27,894 nucleotides of DNA from Octopus sinensis (Eukaryota). The notes beneath the pieces are model-generated. The model did not search any database. It was not told the origin of the DNA and worked only from the letters and a program-made list of their open reading frames with translations. Shown one piece after another: positions 10,027-20,911 of this stretch. The stretch spans positions 1 through 27,894 of the forward strand of contig NW_021834077.1 in assembly GCF_006345805.1 (NCBI RefSeq), given 5' to 3'. The translations under genes were made by a program, and so were the position numbers. Numbering within the stretch: the first letter of the stretch is position 1; each line of letters opens with the position of its first letter.

Positions 10027-10170
10027 GTATGGCTGTGTGGTTAAGAAGCTCGCCTTATACCCACATGGTTTCGGGTTCAGTTCCAATGCGCAGCACCTTG
10101 AGAAAGTGTCTTCTATTATAACCATGTCTTATAATATCCATGTCTTGTGAGTGAAATTGCTAGTCGGAAA
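10027..10170 (+). mobile_element. tRNA-derived SINE, family C (CORE-like segment)
   Basis: TGGCTGTGTGGTTAAG (A box) ... GGGTTCAGTTCC (B-box-like), followed by CACCTTGAGAAAGTGTCTT, which resembles the CORE motif CCTTGGGCAAGT. A related minus-strand head lies at ~12000-12080. Confidence 0.7.
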
Positions 10171-10499
10171 TTCTTTCACTCACTTCCTTTACTTTTCTTC
10201 AATATTTTCTTCATGATGAATAACTAACGTCCGAAATGTCAAGACTCTCTCTCCTTTAATCACTAAGCTAATAGAACATTTGTTATAACTTGTCCATTAT
10301 GTGTTGTCATTCTGTTCTGTCTTCTTTCATTTTGCGTTCATTTTTTTCCATTATACCATAGTCTCAAGACAACCAAAATTTTATTACCAAATGACTCGCG
10401 GAACATTAGACAACAGTATGTATGTATGTATGTATGTATGTATGTATGTATGTATGTATGTATGTATGTGCGTATGTGCATATTTGTATGTTTTATGTA

Positions 10500-11640
10500 T
10501 GTATTCTCAAACAAATAGTTGCACATCTAGACATGCTCATATATATTTAAATGATAAACGTCTGGAAAGTTTTACAGAAATTTACAGTTCCAGTGATGGA
10601 TTGGATCTGTAGTCTTCGAATTAGCTTTCTCCTTTATGGTTTTGAGAGTCCTAATTTCTCAAGATTGGTATTTAGGCAATGTGTTAGATATTCCAGGACC
10701 CCAATAATTACAGGTATAAACCTGAACTTGTAATCTGGATAGAGTAACTGCAGATTTCTCAATAGTTCAGCATAAGTTCTCTCTTTTTCACTGATCTTCA
10801 GCCTTATGTTAACATCCACTGGGCAGCTAATTTCCACAACTGTACACATTATATCATATCTGTTGCGCTTACATTTTATTGAGGTCTTCACTGGTACATT
10901 CCACCAGTACTCCTTTTTATTATGAGTGGCTATGGCTTCTACCATATTGTGGGTTCTTATTTCTTTATCCTCGGGATTATCCTTCCGATGGATTTCATTA
11001 TAGAGTGTCCTAGCTACAACCCCATGTCTCATCAGTATGTATGTATGTATGTATGTATGTATGTATGTATGTATGTATGTATGTATGTATGTATGTATGT
11101 ACGCATGATGCATGGATATGTTACTAGAAAGCTCCGTGATGATAGTAACATCGATCATCAAAGCAATTTATCATAGACCAATAGCCGGATTACTACCTCC
11201 CATTTTGAAGGGTATGTGTTTGCAATCCAGTAACAGCCAATATCAACTAAGTACCTGGTGCACAAAAGGGATAGAGATGCAGGTAAAGCCGCAAAGTGGG
11301 ACAACCGATGCAGACTTTGTGGAGTTCACACTGAAGATATCACCCACATCATAAACAGTTGTCCGAAAATGTCATCACAGTATTATCTACCGAGGAGACA
11401 TGATGTAGCTAGGACACTCTAAAATGAGCAAACGCATACCCTTGGGAGGTAGAAATCCGGCTATTGCTCCATGATAAGCTGCTTTGATGATCGATGTTAC
11501 TATCATCACAGAGCTTTCTAATAACATATCCATGTATAATCTTCTGCTCATATAGGCTCATCCTTTCATCTGATGATACGTTGCAGTAGAGTGTTGCTCA
11601 AGGAGCTGCCTTCTAACTCTTATGATGTTATCAGCCTCAT
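10500..11640 (-). mobile_element. 5'-truncated, internally inverted non-LTR retrotransposon with restriction-like endonuclease (R4/Dong-like)
   Basis: Minus 11030-10548 gives [10 protein letters not shown]...[49 protein letters not shown]...LQIQSITGTV, a decayed PD-(D/E)xK RLE. Plus 11105-11421 gives [43 protein letters not shown], a CCHC knuckle. Minus 11640-11428 gives ..[26 protein letters not shown]. Clade assignment rests on motif recognition only. Confidence 0.85.
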
Positions 11641-12172
11641 GTATGTATGTGTGTGCATGTATGTATGTGTGCATGTATGTATGTGTGCATGTAGAATTTC
11701 TGCTGTTCGCTCAAATGAACCACAGAGCTCATTGAATTAAAGTATAGAGAACTGAACATTCCATGGAGATCATCATCATCGTCGTCGTCGTCATCATCAT
11801 TGGCATCATCATCATCGTTTAACGCCCATCTTTCAAGCGAACATGGACCATTAACGAAATCTTCAAGTAGAATCAGCATTACACTGTATGTTGTAAGTCT
11901 GGGGTTTTGAATTACAAGTACAGTCCATCTGATGGGTTTCAACGCAGTTTCCGCCAATCCAAATTCATTCATAAGGCATGGCGTCATGGTAAAGATAAAT
12001 GCCCAAGATTGGACGCAGTAGGATCGAACCCGGGACCGTATGGTTACGAAGCAAACCAGTAACTCACTTAACCCGCCCACACACACACATACTTATCGAC
12101 AGATTACGCGTGACGACAAAATAGGTTGAAATAGAGGACTAGTGAACTTGGCGTCATTAAATTACGAAACCT

Positions 12173-12548
12173 AAGGCGGCGAGCTGGCAGAAACGTTAGC
12201 ACGCCGGGCGAAATGCTTAGCGCTATTTCGTCTGTCTTTATGATCTGAGTTCAAATTCCACCGAGGTCGACTTTGCCTTTCATCCTTTCAGGGTCGATAA
12301 ATTAAGTACCAGTTACGCACTGGAGTCGATGAAATCGACTTAGTCCCCTTGTCCTTGTTTGTTCCCTCTGTGTTAGAGCTATTTCGTCTGTCTTTATGTT
12401 CTGAGTTCAAATTCCACCGAGGTCGACTTTGCCTTTCATCCTTTCGGGGTCGATAAATTAAGTACCAGTTGCGTACTGGAGTCGATCCAATCGACTGGCT
12501 CCCTCCCCCAAAATTTCGGGCCTTGTGCCTAGAATAGAAAAAAAAAAC
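12173..12548 (+). mobile_element. tRNA-derived SINE, dimeric form (family A)
   Basis: Full head AAGGCGGCGAGCTGGCAGAAACGTTAG..GAGTTCAAATTCC, then body, spacer TTAGTCCCCTTGTCCTTGTTTGTTCCCTCTGTGTTAG, second body, and tail GGGCCTTGTGCCTAGAATAGAAAA. Confidence 0.92.
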
Positions 12549-12699
12549 AGGCTTCCCTGGGTGTTGCAGGCTTGACTGCAAGATCTTGCCGTAACCTTAT
12601 TGGGCGAAGGTTAAAATTATGCATTAGATATCAATATTAAGTACCAAACTGAAATAGAATGACGTATGTGTAACCATAGCTAATAAATAACTAACTATA

Positions 12700-13230
12700 T
12701 AAATACACTACACAGTTTAAATAATGAAAAGGTGAGATATTATGATTAAAATAGTATTATAAAATTAGAACATAAAAACCAAAAAATAAACCTTAAAAGT
12801 AATAAAAATTGTATAAATTGAAAATGAATGAATAAATTAAATATTAACATCAAAAATTAAAATTCATGTTGAAAAATTAAAATGATAAAATTCAAAATAG
12901 AAACTTATATAAAAAAACAAAGAAATCAAGGATTGAAAATTAAAATTAAATTAAAATAATTTTTTAGATAAAGGTAAAATAAAATATAAAATATATAAAA
13001 AACTAAAATGAAAAAAAAAAAGAAAAGAAAATGTAAAAAATATTAAAAAACTGAAATGAAAAATAAAATAGAGTATAAAATATATAAAAAATTGAAATAA
13101 AAAATAAAAATATTTTTATATAAAATAACAATTAGAAAATGAATTAAAAATTCATGTTATAAATTTGAAAATTTAAGAATTCAAAAATTCTTTGTCTATA
13201 TACAAAATAAAAATTTATATATATATATAT
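12700..13230. repeat. Extremely AT-rich, A-skewed low-complexity tract
   Basis: Nearly all A/T with loose AAAAT/AAATT periodicity and no ORF. Confidence 0.8.
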
Positions 13231-13231
13231 C

Positions 13232-13310
13232 GCACTGCCAGTCCAGGAATCGAAACCACGTTCTTGTGATCGTGAGTCAATACACTAAGCACTGGGCCAC
13301 GCGCCTTCAC
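13232..13310 (-). mobile_element. tRNA-like SINE head, family D
   Basis: The reverse complement is GGCGCGTGGCCCAGTGCTTAG...GGTTTCGATTCCTGGAC (A and B boxes). A second copy lies at ~19310-19385 (-). There is no complete cloverleaf. Confidence 0.7.
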
Positions 13311-13848
13311 ACAACACACACACACACGCACACACACACACACACGTGTGTATGTGTGAGTGTATTTGTGTTTTAGTGAACGCGTTTCTCATTCCCCCAA
13401 CGCTTGACAATCAAAGCTGGTTTGTTTTTCTTTCCGAAATTTACCAGTTCGGCAGAAGAGACCGATAGAATAAGTACCTAATACATAACAAGATCTCTAA
13501 GTACTGGGATCGATGTGTTCGACTAAAAACGTTATATTTTATACATCAACATTACCATTAATATTCTGAATATAGCAGAAATAAAAGAAATAAGAAATAA
13601 AAATTATAGTTTTAGAATAAGTTTTATTTACCTAATAAACTACATGCAACAGTAAATAAAGTAAAAATTAAATATTGTACTGTACTATACTTTGAAAAGC
13701 AACAATCTATGTTAGAGACAGTAGAAACTTTCTTTCTTTTAATGACAATTAACTAATTAACACAAATCAGGACAAATTCTCTTCACGCGACTTTTTTTTT
13801 TTTTTTTACGTGGGGAAGAAGTCGGAAGAGTTGAGAGTTCTGACTATC

Positions 13849-13914
13849 TGAGTATTGTGTGTCAGATAAAAGGGAGGTTATTGAGTATTGTGTGTCAGAT
13901 AAAAGGGAGGTTAT
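13849..13914. repeat. Perfect 33-bp tandem duplication
   Basis: TGAGTATTGTGTGTCAGATAAAAGGGAGGTTAT x2. Confidence 0.95.
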
Positions 13915-14054
13915 TGTATATATGTATTATACTACTAGTGACAAATACAGCTCTCGCTTGAACCATTGAAGAAGCCTCTACGCAGTCGCTAAACCAGCTA
14001 GAAATAGCAAGCAAATCACTCTCAAATTACAGCCCTTTGTCAGGACAACGTGTG

Positions 14055-14137
14055 TGTATGTATGTATGTATGTATGTATGTATGTATATGTGTGGTGTAT
14101 GTATGTGTGTATGTATGTATGTATGTATGTATATATA

Positions 14138-14191
<54 letters not shown>

Positions 14192-14193
14192 TA

Positions 14194-14252
<59 letters not shown>
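14055..14252. repeat. Compound microsatellite (TATG)n-(TA)n
   Basis: Read directly from the sequence. Confidence 0.97.
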
Positions 14253-14253
<1 letters not shown>

Positions 14254-14434
14254 GTTGATGCAAATAGGAAGAATGGAACTCAGAAAATGAGTGTATGTAT
14301 TTTTTTATTAATATTTAGCAGATGTAACACAGCGATTCAAGGTCCGTGGCTTTCGTGCATTGTTACTTATCAAACTTTGATAAATGTCAAAGTATGACAC
14401 TCTCAAACGTTAAGCCACTCTGTTACTTCTGCTA

Positions 14435-14523
<89 letters not shown>

Positions 14524-14524
<1 letters not shown>

Positions 14525-15835
14525 ATCATCATCATCATCATCATCATCGTTTAACGTCCGCTTTCCATGCTAGCATGGGTTGGACGGTTCGACTGGGGTC
14601 TGGGTAGCCCGAAGGCTGCACCAGGCCAGTCAGATCTGGCAGTGTTTCTACAGCTGGATGCCCTTCCTAACGCCAACCACTCCGAGAGTGTTGTGGGTGA
14701 TTTTATGTGCCACCGACACAGGTGCCAGACGAGGCTGGCAGACGGCCACGCTCGGATGGTGTTTTTATGTGCCACCGACACAGGTGCCAGACGAGGCTGG
14801 CAGACGGCCACGCTCGGATGGTGTTTTTATGTGCCACCGACACAGGTGCCAGACGAGGCTGGCAGACGGCCACGCTCGGATGGTGTTTTTATGTGCCACC
14901 GACACAGGTGCCAGACGAGGCTGGCAGACGGCCAAGCTCGGACGGTGTTTGTTACGTGCCCACAGCACGGAGGCCAGTCGATGCGGTACTGGCTACGGTC
15001 CCGTTCGGATGGTTTTCTTATGTGCCACCGGCACTGGTACCACAAGGATACAAATTCCATTGATGTTCATCTATTTGATTTGGTTTGACTTGATTCGATT
15101 TGACTTTGATTTGATTTGCCTCAACAGGTCTTCTCAAGTGTCACAAGCAGGAAGGTATGCACAGGCGGACTGACTACGTCCCAGGTAGGGGCCACGGGTT
15201 ATGGCTTCACTAGTCTTGCCGGGTCTTCTCACGCACAGCATACTTCCATAGGTCTCGGTCTCTGGTCATTTCCATGGTGAGACCTAATGTTCGAAGGTCG
15301 TGCTTCACCACTTCGTCCCAGGTTTTCCTGGGTCTACCTCTTCCACGGGTTCCCTCAACTGCTAGGGATTGGCACTTTCTCACACACCTATCTTCATCCA
15401 TTCTTTCCACATGACCATACCATCGCAATCGTCTCTCTTGCACGCAACAACTGATGCTTCTTAGGTACAACATTTCTCTTAGGGAACTAACACTCTGTCG
15501 AGCAAGTACACTGACATTACACATCCATCGGAGCATACTGGCTTCATTCCTCATGAGCTTACGCATGTCCTCAGCAGTCACGGCCCATGTTTCACTGCCA
15601 TGTAGCATGGCAGTTCGAACACATGCATCATACAGTCTGCCCTTTACTCTGAGTGAGAGGCCTTTAGTCACCAGCAGAGGTAAGAGCTCCCTAAACTTTG
15701 CCCAGGCTATTCTTATTCTAGCAGTTACACTCTCAGCGCACCCACCCCCACTACTGACTTGGTCACCTAGATAACGGAAGCTATCAACTACTTCTAATTT
15801 TTCCCCCTGGAAAGTGACGGAAGTTGTTTTCTGCA
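14524..15835 (-). mobile_element. 5'-truncated RTE-clade LINE (same family as 23727-27485)
   Basis: ORF 15210..15836 (QKTTSVTFQGEKLEVVDSFRYLG...HGSETW...RWYGHV...GRPRKTW) is near-identical to the C-terminus of the long copy. The 3' UTR carries a 62-bp repeat array, a terminal hairpin and a (GAT)n tail. (TATC)n flanks both sides. Confidence 0.97.
14700..14950. repeat. 62-bp tandem repeat x4 in the LINE 3' UTR
   Basis: ATGTGCCACCGACACAGGTGCCAGACGAGGCTGGCAGACGGCCA.. starts at 14705, 14767, 14829 and 14891. Confidence 0.97.
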
Positions 15836-16723
15836 TCTATCTATCTATCTATCTAAAGAGAAGGTAATTTGTTGGAACGCCTCTGATCATGAGGTTTGTT
15901 CAATTAAGGCTGACGGTGAGGTTAAATTTAAAAAAGCACAACAACAGCAGCATTTTATTTGAATCTGTATTAACTGTGATGTCGGGAAATGATTAAACAA
16001 GCATTGAGAGACCATTGTTGACCTTTTCCTTTATGGAATTTCATTTGTAATGTTTTGTCAATGTAACTGGATTTCACGTTTCCTTTTATATATTCGTGAA
16101 AGACAAATAAATGTTATACACTATTGAATATTTGTTTGCATTATGTTTTAAATAACTTAATTATCACCACTATAACTCGTCGTTTGCAACAAGTTATTTG
16201 TCATTTTATGTTGACATAATTTGTCAGTTGTCATTATAACATGTCAATTACCACAACTTGTCAATTGTCGTTTGTTGTTTCAGCTTATCTACTGTAAAAA
16301 ATTGCCAGTTGTTGTTTATAACTTAGTTGTTATGGCGCTACTTTGGCGTGTGATCAACAAAAGAGATTACTTTAGGTTACTTTTTAGTTTATTTTTCAAT
16401 TTCTAAAAACCCGTAAGATTACTATTACAATGTGTTATTCATAATTTGTCAATTATAACTGGTCACATGCTATTAACTGCATTTTCCAGCATATGAATCG
16501 AATTTTTCAGACCAAAATGTACAACCAATAGATCGGTAGGTGGACTTATACACCAAGACGGCTATGAAAGGCAAAAAGTCCCATGTAAAGTGTAGCAGGA
16601 CTTGGAAAGGTAGTGATGACTAACTGTATGTATGCTGGAAAACATGGTATAACAGTGTTTACACCTTGTCTTTATAATCTTGCATTTTGTAACTTATTCA
16701 TTTCAATTATTAATTACTTGTCT

Positions 16724-16898
16724 AAGGCGAGCTGGTAGAATCGATATCATGCCGGACAAACTGCTTAGCGGCATTTAGATCGGGAGTTCAAATTCTACAG
16801 AAGTCAACTTTGCTTTCATTCTTTCGGGGCCGATAAAAACAAGCTCCAGTTGAGCACCTCTCCCCAAAATTGCTGGCCTCGTGCCTTTAGCACAAAAA
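16724..16898 (+). mobile_element. Degenerate family-A SINE
   Basis: AAGGCGAGCTGGTAGAATCG..GAGTTCAAATTC..TTTGCTTTCATTCTTTCGGGG..GGCCTCGTGCC. Confidence 0.8.
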
Positions 16899-17054
16899 AT
16901 TAATTACTTGTATTATAACTTATTGGTTATAATTTATCACTTAGGGCTTGTAGGTTCTCATAATTCTTTGTTTACAATTTGTCAGTAGCCATATAATCAC
17001 TTGTTCATCAACTTATTACATCTATACTGCGTTAAATTTATAAACAAGTTAGCC

Positions 17055-17096
<42 letters not shown>

Positions 17097-17432
17097 TAAT
17101 TGTGTACAGTGCTCAGGTGCACTACAACTCATCTAAAGTGTATATATAATCAGGTGTAGTTTCGGCAGATTTCGGAAAGCATGAGGGCCTTAAAGGATCT
17201 TGGACTATATCAGGCCCAGGTAATAAAGGAACTTCTAGGTAGTCGTTAGATATCCAAGAGATAGAAACCAAATCTCCCTCAAATCACACAGCAGTTTTAA
17301 AAAAATGGACTCATCGAATAATGTGGTTTGACTTGCGTTGTTAAAAATTGATGATGACAGCCTTTGGTCTTATGCCTCGCGAATCGGGTCGGATCTGGGA
17401 CTAAATAACAACAATGGCGGCGGCAGCAACAG

Positions 17433-17463
<31 letters not shown>

Positions 17464-17779
17464 CGTCCAAGAATTTAGACCTTGAGATCTCCATTTCCAG
17501 CGACTTCGAGGGCCACATCCCAGTGGTGTCGGGCGTCAACGAAGAGCCCTCGACTATAACAAGATGACCAAAGTTTTTGTTTTCTTCAAGGTCTAGGGTC
17601 TCCCGCCCCTAATCCCTAGACCATCACCTAATCATCCTTACCCGTCTTGTTGCTTAACAACAACAACAACAACAACAGCAACAACAACAAGTAGGCTGTT
17701 GAACTAACCTTCTGAGTGTAGGTCAACTGCTAGGGAAACATGCATAAACATATCTTTAGATACAGTAATATTGTCCATC

Positions 17780-18175
17780 TAAAGGCGGCGAGCTGGAAGA
17801 ATCGTTAGCACACCGGACAAAATGCTTAGCGGCATTAAATCCGTCTTTACGTTCTGAGTTTAAATGCCACCGAGGTCGACTTTGTCTTTCATCCTTTTGG
17901 GGTCGATTAAATAAATATCGCGAACCTGCTGGCATTGTGCCAAAATTTGATACCAATATTCTTTTCTACTCTAGGCACAAGACCCGAAATTTTAGGGTAG
18001 AGGACCAGTCGATTAGATCGACCCCAGTACGCAACTGGTACTTAATTTATCGACCCTGAAAGGATGAAAGGCAAAGTCAACCTCGGCGGAATTTAAACTC
18101 AGAATGTAAAGACAGACGAAATAGCGCTAAGCATTTCGCCCGGCGTGCTAACGTTTCTGCCGGCTGGCTGCCTTA
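17780..18175. mobile_element. Tail-to-tail inverted pair of full-length family-A SINEs (17780-17960 +, 17961-18175 -)
   Basis: Each has a tRNA-like head at the outer end, and the two tails abut at ~17960. Confidence 0.92.
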
Positions 18176-20535
18176 TTTGAAATGAATATTTCTCCATCGA
18201 TGTGTTAGTGTGTGAAACACTTCCAGTAGAACATTACATAATTGTTTGGATATAAGGGAGCTAATTCCTCCATCCACATTTTTCGGAGCCATATTATTTC
18301 TGTCAACTTTAATATAATTCTAAATATGCAGTAAATAAGTAAAAAATAAATGCATTCGATATTTTACTTCATAATTTAAGTATTTTCTCGCGGGAGCGGG
18401 AGCGCGATCAAACAGTCCACATTGACAGGAAATTGAGCGACAATCAGCATTACATAACTAAGATAACATATATAATTGAGAAAATTAATTGTGAATATCT
18501 GACTGAAATGGCTGTCATTTTTACGTCACTCTCTTGGTAGGTGTAGACAATAAACATATATAATGTTACTCCATAATGGGGAAAGGTGCAAGTTTCGTAT
18601 TTAACCGGGGGAAAATTAACTTCAAAATAGAAGAAAATGTTTGATCTCATATTTACAGAAGATATTTTATCTCATAAAACTCCGCAGCTCTTCAAGCAAT
18701 GTAGCAGGAACAAAAATATATAAGTCTTCAAAACGGAAGAGTATTAAATTTCAGGCACTTGGTTGATCAACGAATAGATTAATATTGGAATTGATAATGG
18801 AATGCTAAATGTCATTTACAACTGCACATCTGCCCTGGAAAATGGATAACAATGGAAAGAAACAGAACAGAAATCAAACGTAGAAAACAGGAAATGATAA
18901 GCTTTCATATAAGTATCATATTTGTTATAGAAAAGCAATTTGCTTAAATCAATATATTCGCATTGTACACTGATAGTTGCCTGGTATTCCGACATTTGCC
19001 TGATACTTTGATAGTCATCTTACGAAGCAGTCAACACTGAAACAGCACGTCTTTGCATCCGCCGTTCGTTGGTGCTTCCCTACACCTGGCGGATGACCCT
19101 CTTTGCACCACTCAGGCGACAACCCTTCAACCTATAGTTCTATTTGGGTAGTCGTTGCTGGTGAGGGTCTTACGAGCTCCGAGTGCAAAACCTATCTCTC
19201 GTAGTCACCTTTTACGACACGCAGAAGAAACGTTGGGTTTATTCTTTGACATAATGGGCCTCACACAGCATTAGAGAAAGGTGAAATAAAGTGTTTTACT
19301 CAAGAACGCAACAAACCGCCCGGTCCAGGAATCGAACCAACGATCTGACGATCGTGAGTGCAACATCTAGCCACTTGGCCACGTGAAGAATGACATGGGA
19401 AAAATACATCGGGGATACTCGCTCCATAAAAAGTTAGTTGTAATATAAACCAAATGTTTTTTATAACTTAATTCAAATTCCAAATTTAATGACGGGAATA
19501 GTAATTTTCTAAATAACTAACTCTGGTTTTTAAAAAATATAGGAGCGGGAGACGTGTTGATATTTTAATTAATCAAAATAAATAAAATAAAATAAAAGCC
19601 TCTCGACAAGTTTCGGTTGTATTAGACCTTATCATTCTAACCGTTGTCGTTGTACCTTAATAGAAAATTGTATAGTTTTTTTTTTCGCGAATGAATACTG
19701 AGTAGCGTAATATTTTTAAAGAGATTTTATTTACACTCTGTGACAGTGTCCTTTAAAGGGGTTACAACATAACTTTCGTAATGAGTGACCACTGGTAAAT
19801 AATTCGTGAAGTCTCAGGCATCGTACTACTGCCACTTCGTTAATCCTGATATCGTTACGTGGTTGAATACTTCTCCCTTTGAAGAGTCCTTTACTATTTT
19901 AAGCATTTCTTACGCTAAAAATATTTTACTTTGAAGTTCATATCATCTCTGTGTAGAGGTATTGTGTGTTGGTGTGAAGCTGAAGCAAAAGTGTTTTAAA
20001 AAAGTGAAATTATTTGGTGAAAAACGAAATCTTTCTAAAGCGGACTCGTCAAATGATGGCAATCCCGAGTTTCCTGGTTCAGGGGAGATAAATTCTTATT
20101 CATTCGATTAACTTCTCTCCCTTGGACTTTTGATGGTAATGGTTAACCGGTGCTGGTGAAGATGAAGGTGGTGGGATTTGAACTCAGAATGTAAAGAACT
20201 GGAAGAAACGCCACAAAGTATTTTCTCCAAAGCATCAACGATTCTGATAATAACACGATGTGATACAATCTACACACATGCACCCAAATCACACACATGC
20301 ATACACACGTGCACTTACAGCTCTGCACTGATTGATTTAATTTACTCTGAATTTGCTTAGACAAATAACAAAGAAAGAAAGTCGGACAGAAGGAAAGAAG
20401 GAAGAAAGGAAGGAAGGTAACGTAGTGAAATGAAATGCTGAGCGAAGAATAAAAATGTGGTTGGATGCCAACACAGTAATAATGGAGAGAAATATTGTGT
20501 GTTTGACTCTGCCTGCTGAATATTTATATATGTAA

Positions 20536-20911
20536 CTAGCAGTATCGCCCGGCGTTGCTCGGGTTTGTAAGGGAAATAACTATATAAGCATTTTATAGCC
20601 AAAAAAGAGCAAAAAAATGCATTAAAAATGGAAAAAAAATTATGGTAAATTTTTTTTAAATCGTTGACTCATCGTAGACACTTTTAGAGAGTTACTTCCC
20701 TTATATAATAGCGAAAAAATGCATTAAAATGGAAAAAAATGATGGTAAATTATTTTTAAAATCGCAGACTCATCGTAGACGCGCGCTAATACCCAGAAGG
20801 GCTCGACTATAAGATACCCGGTTTTGGTTAAACTGCACCGCAAAATGTGGGAGTAGTTAGGAATCTAAATCGTAGGAGACAGACACACAACTTCACTTTT
20901 ATATATAAAGA
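20536..20911 (-). mobile_element. Non-autonomous Helitron, 376 bp
   Basis: On minus it reads A|TCTTTATATATAAAAG ... CCCGAGCAACGCCGGG-CGATACTG-CTAG|T. This shows the 5' TC, a GC-rich subterminal hairpin, the 3' CTAG, an A/T target and no TSD. There is an internal ~100-bp-period direct repeat (20612-20679 vs 20713-20780). Confidence 0.85.

Noticed and set aside
10213-10240. TGATGA...CCGAAA resembling a Penelope-type hammerhead core
   Set aside because: The core lacks the C of CUGANGA, stem II does not pair, and no flanking stems were found. At most a decayed remnant.
12173-12270. tRNA gene candidates (also 10027, 13232, 17780, 19310)
   Set aside because: A and B boxes are present, but there is no complete cloverleaf and each continues into a SINE body or tail.
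14567-15173. 118-197-aa repetitive ORFs, and a CRISPR-like appearance of the 62-bp array
   Set aside because: The units are contiguous with no unique spacers and lie in a LINE 3' UTR in eukaryotic DNA. The ORFs reflect stop-free repeat units.
19600-20150. Non-repetitive block as a possible promoter or first exon of another gene
   Set aside because: No convincing ORF, splice pair or recognisable motif. Transcript data would be needed.
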